Origin: Enoplolaimus lenunculus
Taxonomy: Eukaryota
Direction of reading: 5' to 3'
Length of the DNA stretch: 21,827 nucleotides
NCBI GenBank assembly: GCA_030248215.1
Contig: JASANG010001107.1
Location: forward strand, 806,001-827,827
Shown: one piece after another, positions 1 to 12,221 of the stretch
Layout of the letters: each line of letters begins with the position of its first letter
Numbering within the stretch: position 1 is the first letter of the stretch
Translations under genes and position numbers: made by a program
The notes under the pieces: generated by a model
Seen by the model: the letters and a program-made list of their open reading frames with translations, nothing else
Databases searched by the model: none
What the model was told of the DNA's origin: nothing

Positions 1-83
1 TTTTTCTGCTGAGTCTTAAGTTTAGGAGGACCCAGTAGACAGTTTCCTATAAATAGCATAGCAACTTAATGGTATTTCAATCC

Positions 84-153
84 AAACAATCTATATGCAC
101 ATGGCTTGAAGAAATTCAAACAATCTAGATGTATATGGCTCGAAGACATTTAA
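84..153. repeat. Tandem repeat, about 2 x 34 bp, in a Hook intron
   Basis: AAACAATCTA(T/G)ATG..ATGGCT(T/C)GAAGA.ATT twice. Confidence 0.7.
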
Positions 154-237
154 AAGCTGGGCATAATCAAATGTGGAATGAGTGAGTGCACATAGATGAC
201 GCACAGTAAAAACCAGTTACGTGGCCCAAAAACTCAC

Positions 238-305
238 ATCTTGTATTGCTCGCATTACCATATGCTGTACGGATTCTTCCAGCATCATAATCCGATTGAT
301 ATACT
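238..305 (-). CDS. hook: Hook coding exon 7
   Basis: Acceptor TTTTTAG, donor GAT|GTGAGT; EYINRIMMLEESVQHMVMRAIQD. Confidence 0.93.
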
Positions 306-3300
306 CTAAAAACAAGGACAGCTGTTGTGCACTACCGTAAGCTTTTTACTGAGCACTAAAATTACTACAGCGCGCATACCAAAAACACTTGGTAACCGAA
401 ACAATAATTAGCCGATATCTTCTTCCGTTGACCTAACAAATCGCAAACTTATAACTTTACCTTCTTTTCGATCGCAGTGAACAACAAGACCCAAAATGAG
501 CTGTAGCATCAAATTTAAATCTACCAGCGAATTATGTTCCGCTAAAAAATAATATGTACATAAAACGGCACACTGATGATAGCAAGTTGTGCTCCTAGTC
601 AGAACAAAAACTTATATCCCGCTTATAAACAGACATTTTTTAGCAAAACCCGGGCTATTTGCCCACAAAAAGTATATTTTGCAAACAACTATTTTTGCCC
701 AATATATATACCCGTCCTTCAAGAATGCAACTTCTCGGCTAGCAATATTTTTTATCTCTATAACTGAACACTTCTGCTTTGTCCTCAGTTTTTGTCCAAC
801 AAATTAGATCGAAAAAATTAACTCGTTTCACTCGCATTTCTCTCGTGCTTCTGTATTAGAAAGGTTTGTATACGTAGAAAAATTTTCCGGATACAAGCAT
901 CGGAGATTGCACGGGAGCATGAACATTACTTATTTTGAAAACCGCGAACGAAAGCCCGATCTCTTTTGCTTTAACGCATAAAATGTTATCCAGCAGCTAA
1001 AACTATGTAACCTTAGAAAATTTTTTGCGGCTCTGCATCTCTCCTTTAAAACTGTGAAATTTTCGCAGTTTTTGAAAAAACGACACAAAAAGTTTTTCCC
1101 GGGAACAGTATATCTTACAACAGTATATATATTTTACCAATTAAACATCCGCATACCCCCAAATGAAAAAAACCTTGCTCAATGCTTACAAACTTCAGCA
1201 TTCATATTTTAATTGGTATTAACATAACGTTAAGAACAGTAAACATAAATTACGGACAAGCTGTAGCAACATAAAACTCACCTATTTTAGTCAAATCGGG
1301 CACAAAACTTGATGATATTGATTGTCCGAGTTTCTGAAACAAGCCTTTCCACTGTTACACACAGAAAATAATTGAAAATTATCACTGCATAGAAATTAAT
1401 CACATAAACACCAAAAACATCATTCCGTGAAACCTAACATAGGACACTCAATTTTTATGTATATTTCTCACATTAATCAACCCGGAAAATGTCGTCGACT
1501 CTGGATTACAACATTTATTTTCAAGTTTTATATTTCAATCACACACAGAATTCAATTGGCTGGTTCAGCTAATCCAACGCTACGCTATTCTACTTGCAAA
1601 ATTGAAAAATTAAAAATATCAAGATTTTTTAAAGTCAGAGTTCAGATTCAAATTCGGAGAAATGGCGGGTTAGGCGCAACCTGCATTACCTGATGAAGTC
1701 TCCGATCAAATTGTAAGCGCCCTAAGAAGTCACAGTAACTGTCGTACACCCCCGATATATCAAGAAGCAACAATTTACTTTGTAATCTGCTACGTTACTC
1801 ACATGTTCATAGTAATCAATTATTCCTTTTAAAACTCGGCGTAAATTGCTTTCCTAAAACAACACAAACTATGTCAACAACGATCATTTATAATGCTTTC
1901 GCGCTTTGCTAGTAAGGAGGAATTCTCCCCTTTTAACTCGGCCGATGCCTCCACTCGACAAATCCTCCATGTTCAGCAGCCCCCTATTCGAAAACTCACC
2001 CTTGTTGGCCATCTTTACCTCGGATGTTTTCTAAAATCCCACATCCAGTAATCAAATTTCCCCGGATTGAACAGAGAAACACATCAGAAAAGCCCTCCCA
2101 CTCAAGATTGGAGAAGTGAGAAGCCAGATGTCATTAAAAACATTACAATTCTACATTCTGAACATAAACAATGCCTACAGTCCAACCATATTTGTCATGA
2201 ACCTGTTATTAAAGTTGCTATATCTTCCGAAAAAAATTTTGAAGCTGTAAACACTTAGTCAGCAAAAAACTAATTAGCTCACAGGCAAGGTAAGAAATAA
2301 CATAGAAATTTTATTGACCTTTATCTTCCAGTTGCTTGAATCAGACACTTTTGTTAGCTTAGAGAGCCACGCATCGTTAAACACTAGAGGATCTCTAAAA
2401 TTATGTTCAATGCTAAATAAAGCATATGAAAGGCAATTTTATAACCTACGTTTCTTACTTATTCATGAAAAGTTGGCACACGAGACATCCAAATCCAACA
2501 TCGTTACGAACAGAATCAAACCAAACAACAAGAAACCAACTGATAAAACTACGGTTAATTATTCCTACGGTTCATTTTGTTTCCGATTTAATTTTCCACA
2601 CCTTTATAATCACACATTATGGAGTGTATACGCATAACATTTATTGTATACTGCCGAGTCTACGCCATTAATTTATACATAGTTAAAGAGCACGCCCAAA
2701 ATTGCCAAACCGCACTTGTACCGCTTTTATATTCAAGCATGTGCTCATTGAATATTTGATGCTTTATATGAAAATAAACCCTAAGAATGGTGCATGTCTT
2801 AATTATGTCATAACGAAGAAAGACAAGTGGAATTTTGATAAACAAATTCAATTTACATTTGACTAAGAACATCACCAAATTGTACACCGCTGCTCAATTG
2901 TTCGGGTGTCATCGTTTGATCAATTTCAAACGTGGACAGCTGAAAGATATTTAAAACACAATTACGTATAGTAGTATGCACTGTAAGGTATATGCTAATG
3001 AAAATAAATAACCGGCAGAGGATGTTACGTGCACATTTCAATACAAAGCAAACCTTAACACTCTAATTTAGAAGTGCTTCATACAATTTGTTATTTTATT
3101 TGATCAAGGATTTTCGTGTTAACTATTACGTTCTCCGCCTAGCCTTATTTTGTCATATGGAACAAAAGTCATTATGATATATGTAAAATTTTGGTCATAA
3201 CTACCAGCGAAATAGTGAGTTATGACATAATTTTCAGCGGTAAATATCCGACAACTTATGATACCGGAGCCGGAGCAGAATATCCGGTTACAACCAGACA

Positions 3301-3868
3301 TGTATTTATTTAGCAAGTAATTATAATTCAAGCACATTCCGACACGAAAATTCTAAGCAATTTATTTAGGGGTCAATCAAATTTGAAAATAAAATATATA
3401 TAGTGTGCTACAGAGTGGCACCGAATCTACTATTTGACCGAATCTGAATCCGTTGTTAATTTGCCAAATCCGAATCCGAATCTTGAAGTTTCAAATTTCA
3501 GATATATCTAAATTTGTTTCAGAATATCAACGCAATGCCGTCGCATAACCTTTAAACGTTAATATATTTGGATTCGGCTTTTTCACAACTGAATCTCAAC
3601 CCGAACCGTAAACTTTTGCGAAATCCGAATCCGAACCTTTATTGCCAAAATGGTGTAGCACACAGCCAGCTCGGTACACCATTCTGTCGGCGTAGTCAGC
3701 CGCCACCATAGGTGACTACTGAGTGGTGTATCACTACCACACACTACCCTCTCAGCTGCCCCACCATGTTACAGACAAGGCACAATACAATAAAAACGAA
3801 CGAACCCATTGTGATAAGCTGTCAAATACTTCTTCTTCAGCCATTGATGACAAGATGCTAGCAGCCAT
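238..3868 (-). CDS. hook: Hook-family microtubule/dynein adaptor, N-terminal Hook domain; 7 coding exons (3806-3868, 2857-2939, 2319-2394, 1803-1853, 1282-1333, 461-541, 238-305); gene continues beyond left edge
   Basis: Manual splicing with GT-AG sites and consistent phases gives MAASILSSMAEEEVFDSLSQW/LSTFEIDQTMTPEQLSSGVQFGDVLSQI/DPLVFNDAWLSKLTKVSDSSNWKIK/ESNLRRVLKGIIDYYEH/KLGQSISSSFVPDLTKI/AEHNSLVDLNLMLQLILGLVVHCDRKE/EYINRIMMLEESVQHMVMRAIQD. This matches the Hook-domain motifs I recall (WxxK.SNL..ILKGI.DY, LQLILG...C, YI..IM.LEESVQH.VM.AIQ). Confidence 0.93.
461..541 (-). CDS. hook: Hook coding exon 6
   Basis: Acceptor TTTTTAG, donor AG|GTAAAG; AEHNSLVDLNLMLQLILGLVVHCDRKE. Confidence 0.92.
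1282..1333 (-). CDS. hook: Hook coding exon 5
   Basis: Acceptor TTTCAG, donor AG|GTGAGT; KLGQSISSSFVPDLTKI. Confidence 0.9.
1803..1853 (-). CDS. hook: Hook coding exon 4
   Basis: Acceptor TTTTAG, donor CAT|GTGAGT; ESNLRRVLKGIIDYYEH. Confidence 0.92.
2319..2394 (-). CDS. hook: Hook coding exon 3
   Basis: Acceptor TTTTAG, donor AAG|GTCAAT; DPLVFNDAWLSKLTKVSDSSNWKIK. Confidence 0.9.
2857..2939 (-). CDS. hook: Hook coding exon 2
   Basis: Acceptor CTTTCAG, donor AT|GTAAAT; LSTFEIDQTMTPEQLSSGVQFGDVLSQI. Confidence 0.88.
3410..3640. repeat. CCGAAT(C) subterminal-repeat transposon remnant (hAT-like)
   Basis: Multiple CCGAATCC/CCGAACC motifs after CAGAGTGGCA. Confidence 0.5.
3806..3868 (-). CDS. 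hook: Hook coding exon 1 (MAASILSSMAEEEVFDSLSQW; alternative ATG at 3844)
   Basis: ATG at 3868; donor TGG|GTTCGT, phase 0; SLxxW motif. Confidence 0.8.
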
Positions 3869-4267
3869 AGTATAAATACGTACGTTTATATTACATATAT
3901 AAATGTGTGTAACCGCAAACCTGACTCCGATAGGAAAATCTAGCATTTTTCACTACCTATTCAGTTTTGGTTTTTAAATCCGTAGAAAACCCGCGAGTAA
4001 TTGTCGGGTGGGGGCCCCAGTGTGCACTCTGCATCACACTGGTGCTTACCCTCGGCATTCCTCGACCCTAGCTAAGTCCTTTCCCTTGGTGTGCAACCTC
4101 AGTCGTCTCAGTCGCGTTTCTGGTATCGCGATTTGTATATAACCGGTGTAATTTTGACCTTGCCATATTATCTGTTCATTTGTAAACCAACTGTGCGTTA
4201 ACTTTCCTACCAAATTCTTATAAAACTTTTTCCTAGTACTGTCAGTTTGGGTTATGTCAGTTACGTG

Positions 4268-4478
4268 TATTTTTACATATATTTCGTATTATGTTTTCAG
4301 GTACTAAAACCCCATTTTCTGACCAAATTCCATGCGCTCAGTACACTGCGCATCCCCATCTGTGCAAATTCTTTATTTTACATATATTTCATATTACGTT
4401 TTCAGGTACTAAAACCCCATTTTCTGATCAAATTCCATGCGCTCAGTACATTGCGCATCCCCATTTATGCAAATTCTT
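4268..4478. repeat. Tandem duplication, 2 x 105 bp
   Basis: TTTTCAGGTACTAAAACCCCATTTTCTGA...TGCAAATTCTT repeated with period 105 and few substitutions. Confidence 0.9.
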
Positions 4479-5991
4479 ACCCTTTCGACACTGTTGTGCC
4501 AGTTCCTACATGTCATATTTCTTGTGATCTCATATACGCTTATTTTCATGTTTTCGGGCGTTCCCTCCCAGTTTCCTACTAATTTCAAGGTGCTCATTCC
4601 ATTTCGCACCTTTATTTCTGCCAGTTCTGCCCCAATTATATCTTATTTGCCATATTCTGTTGATTTCATGATTATCGGATATGATCAGTTTTGGTATATT
4701 CTTGCGATTGCGTAGCTAGTAGTTGTGCTTAGATGATTTCAGCTTTACATATAAAACATAGCAATATTTTCAGACAGCATCAAACACATATTCTTGCCTA
4801 GACGAAACGGTAAAATATAATAATTCGGAATCGGCGTATTTTGCTGGGTCGAAATAATAATTTTTGGGCCTAGGAAACGGTTGTTTGCAATTTTTGTAAT
4901 TTGTGTACTATTGTAATTGTGCCCGGACGTCTTCTCGATTAGCGGTCCGTAAGCTGTGTCTGACAGATCCTGCTCATTTTTCGCATATACATTGCATTTT
5001 CCCGATACTTATAATTACTGTAAAGCTTTTCGGCCGTATGGCCCTCATTCAAAAGCTGTAATCACCAAAACTAGGGAAACTTGGCAATTTGCTATAAGCG
5101 GGACTAACGGGCTCGTGTTTTGTATTTGTGTTAATTACTTGTTCACCGTTGGAAAACGGATACAGAGTGTCGTATTAACCCGTACGAGCCGTAGGAGTAC
5201 CTAGAGTTATGTTAAAACTGTTCCAGGATCGACTAGAAACTAGACCATACCCGCCTTCGGATCGGTCGAAAATTCCCTTTTTTGACCAGTCCAGACCTCA
5301 CAGTAATCCTGAACATAATTTCCGCATACTGGCGCGGGCCAGATCTGATTACATTACCATTGCCACTCGCACTAATATCATAGCACTGAGATGCTAAATA
5401 TTGCGCATGTGTACGTATTTCAAAACTTGGTGTGGTTTCCAGCCTAAAGTGACGAGGCGGGGCTATAAGCTAAAAATGCTACACCTTAAACCGAAAAATC
5501 GATAAAAACTGCACAAATGATATCCTATGACATATAAAATTAATTATTATGTGTGCATGCTACGCATAATAACGTACTGTTCGCAGCGCCTTTTTACTGT
5601 TTGCACTGTGCAGCATAGAAGTACCAAGCTTCCTATTCATTAAATGAACATAAAGTTTGATAAACAAAATTAATGAAACTAGAGCAGATACACCAGCAAG
5701 CTGACTAATTTAGTGAATTCCAAGCAGAGTTTTAAAGGTTCATTTTTAATGGATCACCGATATATTCAACTGTTTATAAATTTACCTAAAGCCTAAAAGA
5801 ATATGTAAATTGACCGTGGGCAGCTGGATATTCGATTCCGTTTCTTTTAAAAATGAATATCTGTGTCTGTTAATATAGAAAAATCGTAAATTCTGCTACT
5901 CTGTGTTATTGTTTAAATGTAAATTCACAAAAATTATTCAAGGTTTCAATACAGGTTTGCAGCGAATCCCATCTGGACTAGAAGTGGCAAC

Positions 5992-7775
5992 TATAGATGG
6001 GCACCGGATATCCCGATATAAAAAATATCCGGATATGTATCCGAAATGAAACGTGTGTCCGGATATCCGAAATGCTTTTGTCTAAAAAATTTTTTGGAAT
6101 AATTTGCATGGTTTCACCACCAAAGTAGTTGGAGCTAACGAATAAAATCTGTATCCAAACCTCAGTCAGAATATTAAACCACATTCTTGCATAATTGTTC
6201 CATGATGATTCAAAATCTTTATTTCTTTACTGAAAAACATAACAATATTCAAATAACTTCAGATTAGCGTGATATTTATAGGTAAAATGACTTCGTATTT
6301 TTAGTTAATCTTAAAATTAACCCAGCGAAGTATTTGCATCGAACACGCACCGCATTCAGTATTCTGCGTTGACGGAAATTTTCGCTGAAAAGTAGTTTAA
6401 CTCTCGTGTATGAACGAAATTCGAATATTTCGCAATGACTTTTGTTTGAAATACAAAAATATATACGTAAATCAGGAGAAAAATTATAAATTTTTGTAAT
6501 ACTAAATTAAAGTCATTAAGTTCAACATTTTGGTAGAATGGTTGCACCCTCCTATATACCAAAGTGAAAGACAACAAAATTCAAGTCTTTGTTACTAAAT
6601 CTAACCGGCGTAATAAGCCAGAGCAACTGCATGAAACGTAGTATCTATTGTGGATTGGATACGCTTTGGTGGGTTAAAATTTGGCCAATTTCACACATTA
6701 GAGATAGGGTGAATTTAGTCATTTTAGTTAATTGTACGTAGTTTATTGAAGCAATATTCGAGTTTTTCAATAATTGTGTTAATTGTTTGGATAATTTTAA
6801 TTTTACGGACGTGCCTACTAAGTCTACGCATAAGTCTAAACGCTGAAAGCGCGACACCAGTACAAGTAACATGGGCTGAGTTTGTACGACTTAGCGTAAG
6901 TGTATTTCAATCTGGTTCTTTGTTCTTGGAACTAAAACGATCCAAATATATATAGCTCGAGGGAATATTCGATGGAATCTCTATTGCAGTGGTTTAAATA
7001 AGGCAAAGCACAAGCCAAATCAACTAAATTTTAAGTTGTCAACACAAGATTTATTTAGTAGTCTGTAGCAATCTTCTAAACTGAATACCCAGAACTATTG
7101 AGGTACTGTAGTGACTAGTGAGTGACCCGGATAAGAGAGGGGACTGATATTTATTTGACCTCTCCAGAGGGTACCTCCTTGTTATTCGGTTACGGACTGT
7201 TATTTATTTTTATCCCGTCCTCCGCCACACTTCGTTACACATATATCCTGTATTGTAACTAACCCTTGAATGGAATGTTTATTTGCCTGCATCAAAAGCT
7301 TTAGCCGTATTAATGCAAGGTTCCAAGGTTATTAGGAACGTACTTTGAAAACTTAAGTACGCCTCAAAGTTTTGAACTCACCTTTATTTGGTTCCGGAGT
7401 CATTTATGCGCTTCAATTAGGAATAATTGACATTTATGGGCTCTAATTAGGGTTTGGGGACTCTTAGGGATACGGACTCCTATCGATTGAGATTCAAAAT
7501 GGGTACCCCTCTTTATTCAGGTCACTACAGTACTGGCATAATATACCGATTTTTAGAATTGTATCTTTTATGCTCATATCAATTTGCTTAAGGGTCAGGG
7601 TACTTCCTTTAGAAGTTAAAACAAGTGCTTAAGAAACGAAAATTGAGGTTCGGAAACTCAAAAGACACAAAATCGAGTTTCGGATATCCGAAATAGAAAA
7701 TTTCATTTCGGACATCCGGATATCCGCATATATCCGGATATCCGGATATGAAAAAATATCCGATGCCCATCACTA
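5992..7775. mobile_element. Non-autonomous hAT-type DNA transposon (about 1.8 kb)
   Basis: TIRs TATAGATGGGCACCGGATAT / TAGTGATGGGCATCGGATAT; perfect 8-bp TSD GTGGCAAC at 5984-5991 and 7776-7783; subterminal CCGGATATCC repeats; no transposase ORF recognised. Confidence 0.85.
7104..7532 (+). mobile_element. MITE family A, copy 1 (TA-flanked, Tc1/mariner-like), nested in the hAT element
   Basis: TA|CTGTAGTGAC...GTCACTACAG|TA termini; internal similarity to the copies at 9547, 11076 and 19789. Confidence 0.85.
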
Positions 7776-7931
7776 GTGGCAACAACATATCAAAGGTTTT
7801 ATGAGTATCTGCCATTTTCAGTAAAATTTTAGAAAACCCGGCGAATATCTGCACCGTATATTGGTAGGCAACTAACACTTATGCAACCAAATTTTCGTTT
7901 TCTCATTTTCGTTATTTTTACTAAATGTCGC

Positions 7932-8100
7932 AGGCCAATCTGCTATTCAGGCTAAATACTATTTGACTTAGGCCAATCTGCTGTTTTGCGTAAATTGCAG
8001 TTTCGCCTAGGCCAAACTGCTATTGAACTTAGGCAACAATCAGATTTGATTATATTTCGAAAGATGCAATACCGATAACCTATCAGCTCTTAGGCCAATT
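7932..8100. repeat. Degenerate array of TAGGCCAA-containing units
   Basis: AGGCCAA(T/A)CTGCT recurs about 4-5 times. Confidence 0.55.
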
Positions 8101-8855
8101 AACCCTACAAGTATATGCCCCCGCTTATCAGGGTACAACCCGAGGTCTTCCTCTGGCTCGGCATAAAATCGACCTCAGGTCGTTTCATATATCTAATCTG
8201 ATGATTACGTCGTAGACAATATCGTGGGCACACTCTGTGTAACTTTGCATCGACCTTGACGACTGTCCTGAACAAGTAAGCCGTTATTTTAGCAGCCAAA
8301 TTTTTAATGAAATGTAGTTGCATTTGAATTTTAGCAAATAAAATTTTTAAATAAAAATTGGCTTCATTGTTGAATAGGCATTTTCTACGAACGTTTTCAA
8401 CAAGGTCCAACAATTGTATTTAAAAATCCACTGGTTACGATGGCTGTTTTCATTTATAAACGATGACTAGAATTTAGAACAGAAAAATTTATTAGATCAA
8501 CAGTATTTTTAACTGTTGGAAATTTATTACTATTCCTTTACCGCATAGGAATACGTTCAATATTTTTAGTGGACATTGCACTACCATGCTTTACAACCTT
8601 TACCCTAGATTGAGAATATGTATGTTAACATGCTGCAACTGGACATTCTTTTCAGTTTGTGTCTAAAATTAGTGTCTGTGTCTTTTAACATAGAAAAATC
8701 GAAAATTCTGTTTCCTTTGGCTCGGGCATACAATCGCCTTCCGATCGTTAAGGCTTTGTTTTCTAAAATTCTGCTTATGTTCATGATGTTGATCTAAACT
8801 CGATCCAGGAATAAACAAATGACACCGGAGCCTATCTTTTTTGTATCCATCCGGT

Positions 8856-8970
8856 GGCTCATGTAAAAATCATGGGCTGAACGTTTCTCTGCTTGACTGC
8901 AATAGAGTAAAAATCTTTTATACGCTTAGGCTTAGGTGTAACCTCATTCTTTTACGCTTTGTGGCTTATA
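8856..8970 (+). mobile_element. MITE family B, truncated/diverged copy
   Basis: GGCTCATGTAAAAATCATGGGC...GACTGCAATAGAGTAA...CTTAGGCTTAGG. Confidence 0.65.
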
Positions 8971-9546
8971 CGACAACGTGTTATGACCAATTTTTAACAA
9001 CTTTTTACGCACTAGAATTTACAGTGTCTACACACCCCAAAATTTTATACTGGAATAAAGACGCAAACATTGCCTCCGGCTTTTCGTGATGCGTCGCTCG
9101 CCGTGCTATCAATTGTTTCATTCAGGAATTTAAATGTTGGTGGTGATATCTATTCAGCAAAATGTTCAGTATATCTATCAATAACAAATACGCCTCGGTG
9201 AGTGCACCAGCTCTACTTCACTCTAAGCCCACCAAAAATATAATGTGTAAGTAAAGACAAACATTCCCAGAATATATAGCTGGTGAATCAAGGAAAGTAA
9301 AAAATCGAAACACACTAAACATTTTGGTATCCACATCCTCAAAAATGCGTAAAAACATCTTTGAACTGGAAACGAGGACTCTTCAAATTTAACGCATTCT
9401 CATTGTGCTCACCATGGTTCAGCACAATCTAAGTTCTTAAAATCCTAAAATCCGAACACATATAGAAAAATCCTCAAATATATGATCTAACATACGCAAA
9501 CCATTGAAACCACACATGCACGCACGCTACCTGCGGATATCGCGGG

Positions 9547-10183
9547 TACTCTAGTGACCCGAATAAGAGGGGGTAATATTTATTTGGCCTGTCCAAAGGC
9601 ACCTCCCTCCTTGTTATTCGGTTACGGACCGTTATTTATTTTCAACCAGCCATCCGCCACCCTTCCTTACTGATATACGGTATTGCAACTATCCATTGAA
9701 TTAAACGTTTTTTGCTTTGCGTCAAAAGCTTGAGCGATATTAATGCAAGATATACTTTGGAATGTTACTTACCTTCAAAACTTAAGTACGCTTTAAAGTT
9801 TCGGCCCATGTAAACATCAGGATCATAACGTTCTTCTGTGGGATTGCAACGGAGTAAGCTTAAGCTTTAGACTAATTTTTTGTTTGGCTTAGGCTTAGAC
9901 TTACGCATAGAAATATGCTCATTCTTACGCTTAGGCTTAGGAATATGCTTATAATATATACTGTTCCGCTCCTGTTCTTTACATTGGCAAAAGTTTCGAA
10001 CTTAAGTGTATTCGAGTCATTTATGCGCTACAATTAGGGATACTTGATCTTTATGTACTCTAATTAGGGTTTTGGGACTCTATCCGCTACGGAGTCTTAT
10101 TTGGGATACAGACTCCTATTGATTGGGACTCGAAATGGGGATCCCTCTTATTACCCCCCACTCTTATTCGGCTCACTACAGTA
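9547..10183 (+). mobile_element. MITE family A, copy 2, interrupted by a family B element
   Basis: TACTCTAGTGACCCGAATAAGAG...CTCTTATTCGGCTCACTACAGTA; colinear with copy 1 apart from the insertion at 9803-9989. Confidence 0.85.
9803..9989 (+). mobile_element. MITE family B (GG-terminated TIR, 8-bp TSD; Merlin-like) with TTAGGC repeats
   Basis: Perfect TSD AAAGTTTC at 9795-9802 and 9990-9997; the site is present only once in family A copies 1 and 4. Confidence 0.85.
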
Positions 10184-11075
10184 CGCATGCGAAATTTTGA
10201 CGCGCGGTAAAAATTTGCGATTCTTCACCGCCTAAAATTTTTATAAAAACGGCGGTTTAAAATACATGCCTAGCTAGTATCCCTCACAAATAAAGCAGTT
10301 TGCTTAGATCATGGTTCTGGCTATCAGCTATGGTCATAACAAGGAAGTAATAGTTTCGCTTTATATTAAGCAGACTGCATGAGTGTACAATTTCAATGAA
10401 ATAAAAAAATTGTATGCCTAAACTCTATAATATATCAAAGTTTGGCAGCGGCTTATCAAATTTAGTCAGCGACTTAGGTACTTACTTAAGTACGCTTTAA
10501 AACGAAAAAATGGTTAAGCAATTACTTAACACGCACTTTAAGTAAGTTGTATTTAAGTAGGGATTTGGAACCTAGTCAATGTGCAATATTATCCGGTGTT
10601 ACATTTTGTTACTCTATGGTTTGTTTAAACGAGTAAAGGCATTGAACACAGAAGAAAAAACGGGTAAGTAAAGGCGGGTAGTAGTGGGTAAAGGAATTTT
10701 GAGCAGTTATATATACGCGCGGGTAAAAAATATAATTTCCGCGGATAAAGCGCAACGCAGATACAGAATTTTACCCACTTACACCTCTGATTGGAACACC
10801 AAAACAAAATAAAATTATTTTACTAACACATTGAACAAACACACGGATTCAATGAATTTGAGGTTTAACGATTCGAAGCTTCGTACCTTTCGTTCCGCGG
10901 TAAGTTTTAACTGTTGAACATTTGAGTATCAGAATCACAATTACACACCCTTATTTTACACCGTATGCATGCGATTCTGTCCGCTAAAACAAGGGCCCCA
11001 CGTTTAATCATAGGGTCTGCCCACTATGAAATGGGGAAACTGGGTAACCTAGAGATTGCGAAGCTTAGGATCAGC

Positions 11076-11432
11076 TACAGTATAACTCGATTATAACAAG
11101 ATTAGAGAGGGATACCAATGTTTTAGTCCCAATCAATAAGCTGTAGTCCTAAATTAGAGTCTGTTAGTGGATACCGTCTGCCCATAACTTAAAAGAAACC
11201 CAAGCTGAATGGCGTAAATTGCTCAAATAAAAAAACATTTACGGACACGGTAATTAACAAAAATTCTTCGGAGCATGTCAGTTTTGCCCAAAACAAGGAA
11301 TATATAAAGAATGGGTGTGGGGTAACTAACATGGGGTGAATTTAAAATTAACATTCCGTAACCGAATAAAGAGGGGTACCGTTTGCAGAGGCAAAATAAG
11401 TCACTCTCTCTTATATTCAGGTCACTACAGTA
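11076..11432 (-). mobile_element. MITE family A, copy 3 (inverted, diverged)
   Basis: Ends TTCAGGTCACTACAGTA; contains CCGTAACCGAATAA and AGTCCCAATCAATA, reverse complements of family A internal motifs. Confidence 0.7.
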
Positions 11433-12221
11433 GGTTTGTTTCGGCTCTTAGGCTTAGGTTTAGGTTTAGTGGAGAGATCCTTAATCATTGACGTAGTTAC
11501 TCCAGTTTTGTAGCACCAAACATACGATACATATATGCATATATGTATAATTCAAAATAGACTGAAAATAAAACCCAAAGAAAATTATTTCGTTTGAATG
11601 ATATCAATCAGTATACTGATATTTATAGTTCATGCTTTATAATGTTTCTCGATCACAACAAATTTTGAACAGAGCAAATGGTTGCAGGCCATCCAAACAA
11701 TACTCTGAAATGAAATAGAGGAAAACGGTGCAAAGAGGACTTGATTATAGTTATATAGTAAATAACCATTCCTACGTATGTTGATTTTGCAAACATTGCG
11801 AAGCGAAATGCTTAAGAGATGAGCAAACGATCTCCAAGAAACAGCAGACCTTGAACGAGAGTTACAGATGAATAAAAGAAAACATTAGCGATTGCATTAA
11901 TTCTCTGGCTAATGTGTTCCGTTTGGGTCGTAACAGTAGTTGAATGCGAATTCTACAGCTTAAGCCTAAACACAGAATAGCCAAAAGCCAAACAGTTTAA
12001 ACTAACTTTTTGCAGTTCCATCGAAAAGCATGCCCCAAAAACTAACACCGCCATCTCACAAACTACGACCAAGTAAAACAATAAGAACGGATGCGTTTTT
12101 GCTTTACTCAGCGTTAAATAGAAAAATACTTAAATGTTTCATTTCAAATGGGAAACTAATAACAATTGTTGTGATCCCGAGACCCACTTACACAAACCCT
12201 AAAACAATGGTTATCTATGCT

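Noticed and set aside
4247..4715. Overlapping ORFs with internal peptide repeats
   Set aside because: Explained by the 105-bp (multiple of 3) tandem duplication; no recognisable domain.
7932..8100. Repeat-spacer pattern resembling a CRISPR array
   Set aside because: The repeats are short, degenerate and irregularly spaced, the context is eukaryotic, and there are no cas genes.
8105..8413. 102-aa minus-strand ORF with a possible acceptor near 8268
   Set aside because: No recognisable homology and no linked exons.
5819..8711. About 80-bp direct repeats at 5819-5897 and 8635-8711 as possible LTRs
   Set aside because: Too short and diverged, with no TG..CA ends, PBS or TSD; more likely fragments of a dispersed repeat.
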